Positions 9,633-21,222 are shown, counted from the first letter of the stretch. The stretch: DNA of 64,000 nt from Paramoeba atlantica (GCA_977017575.1 CDRNVI010000045.1:1-64000), one strand, 5' to 3'. A program made the numbers and translations. Notes: a model not told the origin generated them from the sequence alone.

Positions 9633-12600
9633 TGAGGCCTCTTTTTTTTTTTTTGACTCTCTTGAAAGCGGCATGGGCTACATAATATTTTTTTTTTTCA
9701 CTCTATTTGACAAAACCAAACCAAATCAAATTTATCTCTATAAATCAATCTACAACAAATCAATCTATTTGACGAAACCAAACCAAAGAAAAGAAAAAGA
9801 AAAAAAAATGCATCACCCTCTAATTCAGGAGCAGAGGTGGATCCGGGTCATCTTCTGCCATCCGCGCCACCATCATACGAGCCTGAGCTCGCATTAAAGT
9901 GACATTCAAGTCACGGATGAGATTTGCCGTCGCCGTTCCCCTGTCCATCGTCCCTTGGGACGTAGCAGAGCGCCACGCTCCAACCTTCTTAAGCACAGCG
10001 AGGGCGCTGTCGGACCACGAGCCATAGGAGCCTACGACCATGGCCGCGAAGTCGTGCCCAGCAGTCTCGGCGTCCCGTCGCTGCACCTGCTTATGGCTTG
10101 TGGCATAACTCTCGGCGAATGATCCCGCCGTCACCCCGTTAGCGTTACGGACGAGGTCCGCGTATTTGGGTTGCTGAACGTGGGTAACGGCGAAATCAAG
10201 CACCAGAGACTTGCCTAAGCCAATGCTGGGCAAAACGACATCACCAGGCCTCGTGGGCGCTCCAGCGGGACCGCGATTGCCAAGACTTACCTCCCGTTGG
10301 GGGGCGAGGTGCGCCTTACTGCAGAAATCGACAAATTGACACGCCAGCGCGTTGTGGCGCGTCATGATGCCATGTCCACACTTACAGGACACGGCATGGT
10401 CGCCTTTTGGTCCCAACGGTTGCTGACACCTCCCCATAGGACAGGGCCGCGTTCCGGGGTAAATGTCTGCTCCCAACCACCAGCGGGACAAGGCGCGAAA
10501 CTCAGTAGGAGTGTAAGAGTATCCTCTCTCCTTGGAGGGAATAACGAATGCCCAACTCGCGGCCCCTCTCCCAGTTTGCGAAATCAAACGTGCGCGTGTG
10601 TTGAAGTCTGCTGCCTCATATGCTGAAGAAAATTCCCGGTCGCCTGTCTCGCGACAAAGGTGTTTCTGTCGCGGGATAATCAGCTTTTCATTCATCCCGG
10701 CATCTAGGCTGTGATCATGGTGTGCATTGAGAGGGTTGTTTGATGCGTTATAATCTTTGTGGATTAGTGCCTCCTGTATTTTGCCGGTTGTCGAATCCAC
10801 CAAAGTCTTTCCCGCCTGGCGGTTAACACGCTCCACTGCCTCGGAAAACCATTTCGCCTCGGACGGTGCCCAGTCATCTTGAGAACCCGCAAAGGCTGCT
10901 GAAGAGACATAAGCTGCAGATGAATGTATAACGGAGGATCTTAGGCCAAAACCACCGTGTCTCTTGTCGCGTTGGATTTGTGCTCGTGCCGGGGCGTCTA
11001 GAGGACAGAGTATAAGCTCCGTAGCGCGGAGCACGGCGTTATCAAGCCTCTGACAGAGGTCTACCATGTATTTTGGTGGCGTTGTGCGGAGGGAGTAGAC
11101 TAATTGGCAAAAGCCAGCGCAGTGGCGAATTAGCGTGAGGGCTACCTGTGGGTCTTCTAGTATGCCTATCGCCTTTAGAGTCGCTTCCGCAGGTTCGATC
11201 GCAAACTCACGTAGGTATTCAATACAGAACTCTTCTGACCCTACTGGGCTACCCAAAATGCTAAAGTTTCCTTCGTGATTTTTCATTCTGGCTGGGATGG
11301 TAGTGAATGAGTCCGTGCAACGCGAGGATACCGGATGAGATATTATCTCGCATTTACTCGCATTAAGATGGAGCCCCCACTGAGGTCCCGCACATGCTAT
11401 AGCATCCAACGCCCTCCGTACGCTGTCGTATTTTCCAGCTAAAACACCGTCATCGAGATACCAAAGGTGCAAGAGGAGTCCGCTGGGCACTTCATTCTCG
11501 ATCAGTTCAGTAATCTCTCGCAGAACCATGGAGAAAAGGAGGGGCCCTAAAGGGTCCCCCTGTTGAACTCCTTCGGTGGAGGCAACTGTTTGAGAACCAT
11601 ATGTGAGTGCGCTATCGGTGGCGTAGCACCAATTTATCCAAGGAGTCAACTCGGGGAAGTGCTTTTCTGATAGGGATATGAACGCCGCCCTGGAAACCGT
11701 ATTGAATGCGTTACGAAGGTCCACCTTGCATAAGACAAATTCTGGGTCATTCTTTGTGGACTCCACCACTTGGCGGCAGAGGTGGATAACCCTTTCGGAG
11801 CCAGATGCCGTTGCCACACCATATTGACGTCCTTGGAAAAGTGTGCTAGCTTTGGACTTTACAACAGAGCAGGCAGCCTTGCTGACCATGCGGGGCAACG
11901 TTTCCCCTGCTGCGATAGGTCTTACATCATTTTGCCCTTTCTGCAATGCACACAATCGAGCCCCTGCGTAATATTGTTGTGCTTCAACTGGAGCCTTACC
12001 GGCGAGTAGGTGATTGGCAAGCTTTGTGAGACTCTCGAGGGGATGAACATCCGTGTCAGTTCCAGCGAATAATGCCGCTTGCATGTGTTCCGCTCGTAGC
12101 GCCATGGTTCCACCTGAGGAGCCCCTGTTAAAGCTTTGGATCGCCTTTTGTACATCATCCTCATTGACAGTCAAGGAAATGATTTCGTTGGAGGACGGTG
12201 CGCTTTGGCGTAGTGGACCGAACAGCCGGCTCGGGTGCTTGGTGACTAGTTTGTTATATGTCTCCTCATTGTCGGGTGCCATTGGCGCCGAAGTGAGTGC
12301 AGCTATTCCTCGAGAAACTTCTCCTTGACGGACCAGTAGTTCGGAGCGAATCGCTTTCTTTTCCTCATCCAGTAGTGTACCTGCTCCGGATCGTTGCTTC
12401 CTCTTCTTCTGGTGTTCAAGTACAGCTTCTTTCCACAGGGCTGAATATTCGTGTGCTTCCCAGCGATCCAGACATTTCCGCACGTGGGAGGCGTACGAGC
12501 TATTTCCCTTTCGTCCTCTTCTATGCGGGGCTGGAAGGACACATTTCGGAAGCATCGCTAGTCGTGTCCATGCAGCGACGGTGTTCTCCCTCTCGGCTGT

Positions 12601-12673
12601 TGCGACGGTGGCTGTTAGGACCGTAGCCCACTGGCGTCGGCATCGGAAAGGAACGTCTTTGAGGCCTCTTTTT
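9633..12673 (-). mobile_element. CRE-clade non-LTR retrotransposon, 5'-truncated, with A-rich tail and 14-bp TSD
   Basis: TGAGGCCTCTTTTT at 9633-9646 and 12660-12673; T-run adjoining the 3' TSD; RT+REL ORF inside; the frame stays open upstream of the ATG to the junction. Confidence 0.85.
9820..12555 (-). CDS. CRE-like reverse transcriptase with CCHC knuckle and restriction-like endonuclease
   Basis: VRPIAAGE, KVDLRNAFN, GVQQGDPLGPLLF, WYLDDG, CPMGRC...DHAVSC...RHN, RPGDV...LVLDFAVTH. Confidence 0.9.
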   Translation of the reverse strand: MLPKCVLPAPHRRGRKGNSSYASHVRKCLDRWEAHEYSALWKEAVLEHQKKRKQRSGAGTLLDEEKKAIRSELLVRQGEVSRGIAALTSAPMAPDNEETYNKLVTKHPSRLFGPLRQSAPSSNEIISLTVNEDDVQKAIQSFNRGSSGGTMALRAEHMQAALFAGTDTDVHPLESLTKLANHLLAGKAPVEAQQYYAGARLCALQKGQNDVRPIAAGETLPRMVSKAACSVVKSKASTLFQGRQYGVATASGSERVIHLCRQVVESTKNDPEFVLCKVDLRNAFNTVSRAAFISLSEKHFPELTPWINWCYATDSALTYGSQTVASTEGVQQGDPLGPLLFSMVLREITELIENEVPSGLLLHLWYLDDGVLAGKYDSVRRALDAIACAGPQWGLHLNASKCEIISHPVSSRCTDSFTTIPARMKNHEGNFSILGSPVGSEEFCIEYLREFAIEPAEATLKAIGILEDPQVALTLIRHCAGFCQLVYSLRTTPPKYMVDLCQRLDNAVLRATELILCPLDAPARAQIQRDKRHGGFGLRSSVIHSSAAYVSSAAFAGSQDDWAPSEAKWFSEAVERVNRQAGKTLVDSTTGKIQEALIHKDYNASNNPLNAHHDHSLDAGMNEKLIIPRQKHLCRETGDREFSSAYEAADFNTRARLISQTGRGAASWAFVIPSKERGYSYTPTEFRALSRWWLGADIYPGTRPCPMGRCQQPLGPKGDHAVSCKCGHGIMTRHNALACQFVDFCSKAHLAPQREVSLGNRGPAGAPTRPGDVVLPSIGLGKSLVLDFAVTHVQQPKYADLVRNANGVTAGSFAESYATSHKQVQRRDAETAGHDFAAMVVGSYGSWSDSALAVLKKVGAWRSATSQGTMDRGTATANLIRDLNVTLMRAQARMMVARMAEDDPDPPLLLN

Positions 12674-12785
12674 ATATTTTTTTCCTCTATTTTACTACTG
12701 TGTTGCTCTGTATATTTTCTTTGTTTTGGTTCACTTTTTCTTCAATAATCGAGGGTAGAGCGGTAGTTAAACAATCACCGTAATA
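12674..12785. repeat. Dispersed AT-rich repeat ending aataatcgagggtagagcggtagt
   Basis: Related copies at about 4590-4720, 5480-5545 (partial) and 13015-13095. Confidence 0.6.
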
Positions 12786-13450
12786 ATTATTAATGGGGGG
12801 AGGAGTATTCATACTAAAGAAAATGCAGCCGACTCCTGGGGTTCCTACTCGGTGAAATTCTCCTGGGGTGAGATTCTTTCCACACTATCGCAAGATCGTA
12901 CAATTTTACAGAAGTGGGAGAAAGAGGCCATTCTTACATTTCTTGCTTCGTTTCTCTGTCGCTCCTTTATGCCTGGTTTCTAAAAAACAGTTTGGTCATA
13001 TCAATCTGTGAAATATATTTTCACTGTTTTTGTTCACTTCAATAGTCACTTTCAATAGTCGAGGGTAGAGCGGTAGTCACACCACCACCGCAATGTTACA
13101 TGGGTACGCTGCACGGGGATACGCCCGAGGATCACAATTAGCAAAAGTCTTTAACTTAAATCATTTATTAGGCATCCTGAGAACATTGCTAGGATGGGAT
13201 TAAGGAATGGGGTCTGAATTCGGGATCAAGTTTATCCATAAGTCGTCATATTACAGAAGGAAAAAACACGATTCATTAAAAAAATAATTAGAGCTACACT
13301 TCGTTCAGGTTCTGGGTTCACAGTTCTCTACTCCCGACTTTGTATTTTCTTCGGATCGTAATACTGTATGCCTCCCTATCTCAACATTGCTTTGGTTGAC
13401 TTTAAATGGTGCAAACGCACGTAAAACAAAATAAACGCTCCCTCTCCCCC

Positions 13451-15517
13451 TTACACGGACTCTGCCGTAAACGTGTCAAGATACCGATACGCCTCAGCCG
13501 TCTCCACCGCCCGCCGTATCGTTCCCCACCCCTTCACCTCCCCCATGAGTTCCACCACGCGGGGCACCGCCTCCTTTGCACGCGTGACATCGAGAAATGC
13601 CAACCGGGTGCGTCGGGCGAGGAAATCAATCGCCCGCTCGGCGTACTCCATCGTGGCACAATACGTTACCTCGGCCTCGATGAACGGAAACCCGGATACG
13701 ATCTCCCGACCCTGATCCTCGCTTTTCGCAATCTCCGCGACCAGAGCTGCCCGGTCCCCGTAGGCTTCACACAGCCGCCCAGCAGAAGCATAGGAAAACA
13801 CATTTGCGTAGTCCTGAGCAAGTTGTGGCAGCAACTCCTTGCCAAACCGTCGTGCACCAATGAGTTGAATATTTTCCGTAACACACGGCTTTATTTTGTG
13901 TTTTGCCATCGCTTTTCCTCCGCCGGATCCTCCCTCTATTTCCCTAATCTCAGGCTTATGTTTCAAAACAAAATCGATCGTGTCTTGTGCCATTTTTCGG
14001 TACGTGGTCCATTTTCCCCCGGTCACACTCACCACCCCATCGGCGGGGCTTAGAAAAACAGAATGCTCCCGGAGGACACTCGCGGAGGCACCGTTTTTCA
14101 TGGCAGCACTTGGATCTTTAGCCAGTGGACGGATCCCGCACCACACACTTTTTACATCACTACGCTTCATTTCAATCCCAATATAATCCTTCAGGGTGTT
14201 GAGAATAAACTGCACATCCGATTCCTTCCCTCGAGGTTCTCGAGAGAGGGGCACAACCTCATCGGTGGTTCCCGCAATGGTGGCCCCAAGCCATGGCACA
14301 AGAAACACCACACGACCATCCGCTGTTTTCGGCACAATCAGCGCCGTACTCTCTGGGGTATAAAACCCCGGCAACGTCACATGGACCCCCGCCGCCGGGA
14401 TACTCATCTCCGGGGCACTCGCTTCCCCCATTTTACGAATTAAATCCGTAAAGGGCCCTGTTGCATTGACAATCGCTTTTGCGCGAATCGGGTACTCCTC
14501 CCCCGTGAGCTCATCCCGGACCACCACCCCGGTCGCCTTACGCGTCTTCTCCCCGTCTTGAATCAACGACACCACCTGGGTGTAGTTCGCCACCGCCGCG
14601 CCGTGACAACTCGCGGACAGTGCCAGCGACACGTTCACCCGGGCATCGTCCATTTGCCCATCATAGTACACAATGGACCCGGAGAGTTTCCTCCCCCCCG
14701 GTCCGCTCCCCCGTAGTGTGGGGAAACGCTCCTTGGAGGCGCCCGCGGTTAGCCCGGTGCTCGTTTGCAGCGTGCCGAGACTGCACGCGGCCACGAGATC
14801 GTAGAACTTGAGCCCGCAGTAGTACCACGGGAGCTCCCACCAGGCGTAGCAGGGGAGGAGGGTGGCGATGGGGTGACACAGGTGCGGGGCTTGGTGGATT
14901 AAAATCGACCGCTCCCGGAGCGCCTCGTAGACGAGTTTGAACTGTCCGAGGTCGGCCCCGAACAGGGCTTTTTCGAGGTAGCGCACCCCTCCGTGGATGA
15001 GTTTTGTGCTCTTCGCGGAGGTCCCGCTGGCGAAATCGCCTTGTTCGACGAGACCGACGCGGAGACCACGGAGGGCGGCGTCGAGGGCACAGCCACACCC
15101 GGTGGCACCGCCGCCGATGATGAGGAGGTCGAGGGGTTGGGGTTGTTGTTGTTGTTTGTTATTAGAAGAAGAAGATCTCGAGTTCGAAGAACTAGAAGGA
15201 TTAGAAGCGGCAGAACTAGAGGAATTAGAACCAGAAACAGCAGAAGCAGCAGAATTAGAATTCGATGAAGAAGAATTTGCAGCAGCAGAAGGAGAAGATT
15301 CCGAGACCGACAACCCCGATGCCCTGAGTCGCTTTACGTTCTGCATTCTGGAGGGGGGGTGTTCATGGATAAAGGGCGGTAGGGTGTGGACGGGGGGGAA
15401 GGAGCGGGAGGAGAGACCGGGGTAGTGGTTGAGCAGGAGTAGAGTGGTAAGGGTGGTGCCCGCGGTGAGGTAGAGGGTGGTGCGGGTGCGACGGGAGAGC
15501 CGGGTGAGGAGTTTCAT
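13451..15517 (-). CDS. GPD2: Mitochondrial FAD-dependent glycerol-3-phosphate dehydrogenase
   Basis: DLLIIGGGATGCGCALDAALRG, DFASGTSAKSTKLIHGGVRYL, YYDGQMDDAR, VNATGPFTD, SVTGGKWTTYRKMA; basic N-terminal presequence plus TM segment. Confidence 0.95.
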   Translation of the reverse strand: MKLLTRLSRRTRTTLYLTAGTTLTTLLLLNHYPGLSSRSFPPVHTLPPFIHEHPPSRMQNVKRLRASGLSVSESSPSAAANSSSSNSNSAASAVSGSNSSSSAASNPSSSSNSRSSSSNNKQQQQPQPLDLLIIGGGATGCGCALDAALRGLRVGLVEQGDFASGTSAKSTKLIHGGVRYLEKALFGADLGQFKLVYEALRERSILIHQAPHLCHPIATLLPCYAWWELPWYYCGLKFYDLVAACSLGTLQTSTGLTAGASKERFPTLRGSGPGGRKLSGSIVYYDGQMDDARVNVSLALSASCHGAAVANYTQVVSLIQDGEKTRKATGVVVRDELTGEEYPIRAKAIVNATGPFTDLIRKMGEASAPEMSIPAAGVHVTLPGFYTPESTALIVPKTADGRVVFLVPWLGATIAGTTDEVVPLSREPRGKESDVQFILNTLKDYIGIEMKRSDVKSVWCGIRPLAKDPSAAMKNGASASVLREHSVFLSPADGVVSVTGGKWTTYRKMAQDTIDFVLKHKPEIREIEGGSGGGKAMAKHKIKPCVTENIQLIGARRFGKELLPQLAQDYANVFSYASAGRLCEAYGDRAALVAEIAKSEDQGREIVSGFPFIEAEVTYCATMEYAERAIDFLARRTRLAFLDVTRAKEAVPRVVELMGEVKGWGTIRRAVETAEAYRYLDTFTAESV

Positions 15518-15670
15518 GAAGAAGCCGGGATGGAAGAGGGGGGGAGGGGCGAAGAGAATGAGGGACTAAAAAAGGGGGAAGGGGGAGAGCGAGAGAGAGC
15601 GCAATAAAGAAGGTTTGAGATAGAAGATTACGTAAAGGGGATTTATTGTCACGATTATCATACAAATAAT

Positions 15671-16260
15671 ATGTGCGCCTCCCTTCCCTCATCTCCCAGC
15701 ACCCCGCTCGGAACACGGTTCCGAGTCCCCATGCGCTGCAGGACCCTACTACGGGACCACGCGGCGTGCCTTCACTATCCGGCGACACCGGTACTTCTGC
15801 GCGTAGGAAGCTTCCATATACCGGAAGTCTCCCACACGGCGAGCAAACACGTTGTATGCGTGTTCTAGAGGATGTTCTATGCACCTCCCTTGCTCACCAG
15901 CCGTGGCGGATTCTGTGGGACCCCGATGCCTATGATGCATCATGAACCATGACTCCATTTGCCAGCATGCATCCATGGCCCTGACCATGTTGTATCATGA
16001 ACCATGGAAGTCATTTGTAGCATGTACGATGGGAATATCATCCGCGTCCCACAAATCCGTATATCTTTCCTGGCGCACTGCGCTTACGAAACATCTCGGG
16101 ACATATTATCCCGATGAGGCCGTCTCTTTTCGCTTTCCTGGGGAGGATATCCCGCGCTTTTCCCTGTGTTGCCTCGGAAGGCGAAAAGGTCCAGCAGGGA
16201 GCGTTGATTGCGCTTACCCCTGCTCGACCTAATTATCTCTACAGGTACTGCCCTGTATGA
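15671..16260 (+). mobile_element. Non-autonomous retroelement E (SINE-like), related to C and carrying the 3' tail of element B; 5' boundary approximate
   Basis: 15841-16040 shares blocks with C (acacgttgtatgcgtgt, atgatgcatcatga, catgaaccatgg, tgtagcatg..cgatggg); 16188-16258 aligns to the B 3' UTR (ctctacaggta.tgccctgtat). Confidence 0.7.
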
Positions 16261-17262
16261 ACAAGCAATTAGGAATCATTTTTCGTTTTCTATAGACTAG
16301 GGGGACCGCAGGTCGCGGGTTCGGTGCGAATTCGGCGCGGGTTCGGTGCGGGTTTGGCATCGGATCAGGCCTTCTCAAGCTCAGGTCAACTTGCAGAAAA
16401 CTAACCAAAGGAGAAACAATGAAATTTCGTACGTAGTATAATTGCAGTGTTAGATGGTTCATTACAGTTTTAAGAGCGAAGCGCGGTGGTACTTGTTTTG
16501 TTGGATGTGGCATTGTTTTGTGCGGAAATCGTCTTGTGTGCGTAGTTTTGATTTTCTTTGAAATTCATTGAGATTTAGTTACTTTTAGGATTTTTTTTGA
16601 AAATTGAGGAAATTTCGTTCAATCTGGCCCCATTATGTACATTTCATCCGAAAAATGCGAAAAAATGCCCCGAAAAAAGTCGCAATTAGCTTTTTTGACC
16701 CCTACCTGGCTAGGGGGGTAGGGGGTCGCTCGAGTGAAAAGGACCTCGGATTCGGAACGATTGGGTCGAAAAACGGTGTTATACCAAATATTTCCAAAAT
16801 CGGACAAAATACAAGACCTGTAGGGGAGGGGTAAAAGAGGCTGAACACCACTGTACATGTATGCGTATGTAGAAAGTGTGCAAATATTAAGTGGGAGGAA
16901 AGTTTTCATTTCTTCTTATTAAGTGGGAGCGGGGTAAATTCGGTAGCTTGGCCACTGTAATAGAGTCAATGCTCTTATAGACTGTAGCACTATAATAGTG
17001 CTATTCCACACAAAATGTTCTGGTTCTAAATGTTTTTCCGTTCTTCTGGTATAAAACTACTATTTTAAAATGTGAGACTGTATGTGCATGAACATACAGT
17101 ATTTCAACGTACATTTTCTACGTGTGTACATTAATAATTTCTCGAAAACATTGGCCTCCCTGCCATTTCCTTCTGCCTCCCTTCTCCACGCCTTCCGACG
17201 CATTCACATTTAAAATCATCGACGACATTCTAAATACCAGGTACTTTAACGCCGTTTTTTTT

Positions 17263-18270
17263 TCAAAATTTAAACACCTGCTCCTGTGTATATCCCACAT
17301 CGCGGAGATGTCCCGTAAGGCCACCCTGGGCCGGGGGAAACACCGACCCGTCCTTTCCCCCGCACACATCCTCCATCATCCCGGGAGGACCGCAGACAAA
17401 GATTTTTACTTTTTCCCCGAGCTGCGGCCCGGGAAGGTACGTTCGAATCTTCTCTGCATCCACACGACCACGCAGCCCTTTCCATTTCCCCTCTACTTTC
17501 GTCTCTTTTGTCACGGAGAGATGAAGATGGAGATTTTGTGACTTTTCTTCACACTCTCGTAACTCCTTATAGAGCAACATATCCTGCTCCGTGTGACACG
17601 TATAGAGCAGATGAATTTGTGTCGTATCTTTTGGATTTTTCACCACGGCATCTAACAGCTGAAACATTGGAGTAATGCCGGTACCCCCGGCAATCATACC
17701 GATGGTTTCCCACTGATTGGCTTGGTATTCAAATTTCGGAAACGGTCCCTGGACCTCAACGGTGTCTCCGAGCTCCCGTTTAAATAAATAAGAGCTCATT
17801 TGTCCTGTCGGATAGTGTTTGATGACAAGATCAAGATACCCAACGGTTTCTGGGGGACTCACGGGGGTGTAGGGCCGTATCACATATTGTTTCTTCTCGG
17901 TATGATTTGATTCCACGTTATTGAATTCTTTGGGACAACGCAAACAGATACAACTCGCCACTTTAAGCCCACTGCATTTGTCGGGAAAAGGAAACGCTAA
18001 TCGAAATCGTTTCGTGTCGGGACTTTCTTGTTGAATCGAAGCAATGGCGAAGTTTTGGTAAAGTTTTGGATTTAACGCCTGGGTAGGGGATGAAGAGGAA
18101 ACAGGAGCGGGAGAGGGAGGGGGAGAAGAGCCAAAAGCTCGGGTTATGGAGAGACGGTGAGAAAGTGTACGGTACACTAGATTCCAGAAAGGAAATGTAG
18201 TGGCAGCAACACCCAGGAGAAGGGGCGCAGTAAGACGGGAATCAGCAAGTCGTTTCATAAAAAACAGCAT
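17263..18270 (-). CDS. NADH-cytochrome b5 reductase (MCR1-like)
   Basis: VIRPYTPVS, IKHYPTGQMS, GMIAGGTGITPMFQL, IFVCGPPGMM, C-terminal QVFKF. Confidence 0.93.
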   Translation of the reverse strand: MLFFMKRLADSRLTAPLLLGVAATTFPFWNLVYRTLSHRLSITRAFGSSPPPSPAPVSSSSPTQALNPKLYQNFAIASIQQESPDTKRFRLAFPFPDKCSGLKVASCICLRCPKEFNNVESNHTEKKQYVIRPYTPVSPPETVGYLDLVIKHYPTGQMSSYLFKRELGDTVEVQGPFPKFEYQANQWETIGMIAGGTGITPMFQLLDAVVKNPKDTTQIHLLYTCHTEQDMLLYKELRECEEKSQNLHLHLSVTKETKVEGKWKGLRGRVDAEKIRTYLPGPQLGEKVKIFVCGPPGMMEDVCGGKDGSVFPPAQGGLTGHLRDVGYTQEQVFKF

Positions 18271-19210
18271 AAGACGTGTAAAGTGTCTGGAGTTCGCAAA
18301 GAGTGAAACGTGTAAAATAAGATGGGGTGAAATTTAAGGTAATTCATGGGGCTCTCGCGAAGGTGTTGATCTACGTAGGAACACTCCAAAATCAAATCCA
18401 AATCATTCCGGATTGCTCCGGACGGTCACTGGCAAGCCAGACCCTTCAGACAGATTTGTCCCGAGGCCGTCCTCTACCAGTTTCCGCTTGCCCACGGCGG
18501 CACCAACATGCTGTTACCAACACGCTGCGTTGACAAATTGTACGTCAACACGGCTTACCCAAGAGGTGTAAGACGGGTAAGGGAGCTGGTTCCCTGAGGG
18601 GAGGGTCCGGGACGGTCCTCCGAGTACTGGGCTTAGTTGGTTGTCAGCCTAGCCTCTTAGAGTGAGGCCTCCATGAATATTGCTATGAGAGGGTTGAACT
18701 TGAAAACTTGTACTCGCCGTCTGAGCACCGTGTATTTCAAACTTTGAATTCTTCCATTCCGCGACCTCAACTTTTAAGCCCCAGCTCCCTTCTCGGGAAA
18801 CGGGGACAAACGTAGGAACACTGAGAAAGGGTAAAAAATAAACTTTCTGATACCTTAGCTTATTTCTTTGTTTCCCTCCAGGGTGACATCTGCCTTTTTA
18901 ATATTGGTTTGTTTGACCTACTTTGCGAAACTACTCTTTCCCTTCACAAAATTTGTTGTTCATGCAGTCTTGCTGCAGAGATACCTGCTAAAGAGATAAT
19001 AAATAATTTTTTTTACCCAATACATGAACAATGAAGGTCCATAGGGGAGGGGGTGCATATTTGAAAACAAGCAACTATATAAATTTTTAAGCCCAAAACT
19101 AGCAATTGTATGTAAAACATGCCGCAAACATGGAACACTAAAAATAATAACAGAGAAGAAAGCAATACAAGCCATTCGCGCAGGTCTTTTTAATAAATAT
19201 AAATTTTTAC

Positions 19211-19700
19211 CCCGCATACGACGGGTCTCTCTTTCGCTTTTGCCTTCCTCGCTAGAAGTGCACCATCGCTACCCAGTTTTGCAAGTTTTTTCCCATGTGC
19301 AGCTGCCATGTTCTCTTTCACGGGCACGTTAGCTCTATAATAAATTCCGTGCCGTTGTGGAGTCATACCCACCCATCTGGATTTAGTTCAGTTCCTGATA
19401 GCCAGGATGTCGGTTTCCGGTACAGGTCAAGGTCGAAATGGGTTTGCGCTGTCGTCGGGCAGCTGGATACAGCATCAGCTAGCGTCACGAGCACCAAATT
19501 GTGGCGATAGGTGTATCATCCTTGTTCCAGGGAGACTCGACAGCCAGCAAGTATGTGGCGGATAGTTTGGACTTCCTCATTGCAAATGGGACACTTCGTG
19601 TTAACATGCGTGTTTAGGCCCCATCTATAAAGTCGGGCACATAGTGTAGGTTTCACTAGCATCCTACATGAACATTACCATTTTCCGGAAGAGAGAGAAA
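19211..19700 (-). pseudogene. Decayed 3' fragment of a HERO/NeSL-like retrotransposon (knuckle, REL, 3' hairpin)
   Basis: KCPICNEEVQTIRHILAGCRVSLEQG*YTYRHNLVL and PDGWV*LHNGTEFIIELTCP; ends at cccgtcgtatgcggg. Confidence 0.8.
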
Positions 19701-19923
19701 TGAAGGGAAGTCAACGGAACGGTTGCAGTTTACAGTTTTATCCTTTTACACCCGCGTGGAGCACCCGCACGGGTACCTACGCGGAAAGTGCGGAGGTCAC
19801 ATCTTATCGGAGACAAACGGACCGGACTCGAAAACCACAACATACGACCGTACGCTAGAAAAAGAAAAAAAAAGGACCGGCTTCACGAAGCCTCGTGTCC
19901 AAGGTTCCATCGAAAATAACAAT

Positions 19924-20257
19924 TACTCCCCCCCCCCTCTATTTAATAAGACTCCGATTTTGGGCAAAAGGTCCTAATAAAGGGGGGGACATGTAAAATA
20001 ATACGAAAGAAAAAAATCGGCGCCCCTTCGCGGCGCCTTTTTTATCGTTGTGAAACAAGGTCTTACTCCCTTTTGATACACTTTTGGTTGTTGGGCTAGA
20101 TACGAAAAAAAAATCCGCCGCTTCGCGGCGCATTCGACAATTTTTTGGCACTTTCCCTGAAATCTTTTTTGGCCTTCCAGACAAAATGGCCCTATTAAAG
20201 GGGGGGGTGACACGGAGCCCTATTAACTAGGGGGGATAGTAAATAGGGGGGGGGGTA
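19924..20257. mobile_element. MITE with C/G-run termini
   Basis: tactcccccccccctctattta ... taaatagggggggggggta; internal repeats of gcgccccttcgcggcg. Confidence 0.6.
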
Positions 20258-20285
20258 GAGCGGTCACAATTAATTAGGGAAGTGC

Positions 20286-20326
20286 AGTACTATAGCCAGA
20301 TATCACTTATGAATCTACAATGTTCT
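20286..20326. repeat. 41-bp imperfect direct repeat downstream of the LRR gene (partner at 21265-21305)
   Basis: 34/41 identity counted by eye (agtactatagccaga..atc...tatgaat.taca..gttct). Confidence 0.75.
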
Positions 20327-20421
20327 AATAATAGCAGAAAAAATCACTCGTGAAGAAAACAACATCTCCATTCAGGTTGAATGACTCAACATCAACTTCT
20401 CTAGGGACTCTCTTTCAGAGT

Positions 20422-21222
20422 CTACTCAGAGTCTGAGAAATACCACGTTTCTAATATCTTCAAGGTTAATGACTGGTGGACCTTATCATCAATATCTGGA
20501 TTATCGTCTACGGACACGTCCTTTATTGACATAGGGAGATGATCGCAACACACATCGGAGAAGCAATTCCTGCTGCAATTCAGCACTTCCAGAGACTGTG
20601 GCAAAGCGTGCAGCGCAAGCTGTCCTGAAAATGAATTTTCTTGCAAATGAACGATCTTAATTCCGCTGGGGAAATGAGAAACATCAACAACCCCGGAGAA
20701 CCGATTCCTGTCGAGCTCCAAACGCAGCATTCTTGGGGGTAAATGTGCAAGATCTACGTTTCCTTCAAATAAGTTGTCGGCCAGCGTAAGCATTCTCAAC
20801 GTTTGCGGCAATTTCGCCAAATTTATATGCCCAGAAAACTTGTTGTTTTCAAGTGACAGGACTAAAAGTCCCAGTGGCAGTTTATCAAGCGCAACCGGAC
20901 CATGCAATTTGTCCCCGTTCAACCAACATACCACCGTTGTTCGAGGCAAGTAAGTGAAGTCAAGTGTCCCCCTCAGATCCAGGTCACTAATAGACAAACG
21001 TGAAACGGATTCTCCATCCTCGCACAGGACACCGTACCACAGGCACGCTGAGTTTGAAATATTCCACGTGAAGTGGGGCTTCTCAATATTTTTGAAAAAC
21101 TCTGCAAGTTCACATTCCTGTGGCACATTTACTCCTCTTCGAGCCCTTCCCAGGCGTGAATGTTCTCCACTGGCTGGCACGTCGAATGCGTAGTGTAGCA
21201 TGCAGAGTTGGTTGTACATCAT
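20422..21222 (-). CDS. LRR protein of the expanded family
   Basis: NVPQECELAEF...SACLWYGVLC...LPQTLRMLTLADNLFEGNVDLAHLPP. Confidence 0.8.
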   Translation of the reverse strand: MMYNQLCMLHYAFDVPASGEHSRLGRARRGVNVPQECELAEFFKNIEKPHFTWNISNSACLWYGVLCEDGESVSRLSISDLDLRGTLDFTYLPRTTVVCWLNGDKLHGPVALDKLPLGLLVLSLENNKFSGHINLAKLPQTLRMLTLADNLFEGNVDLAHLPPRMLRLELDRNRFSGVVDVSHFPSGIKIVHLQENSFSGQLALHALPQSLEVLNCSRNCFSDVCCDHLPMSIKDVSVDDNPDIDDKVHQSLTLKILETWYFSDSE

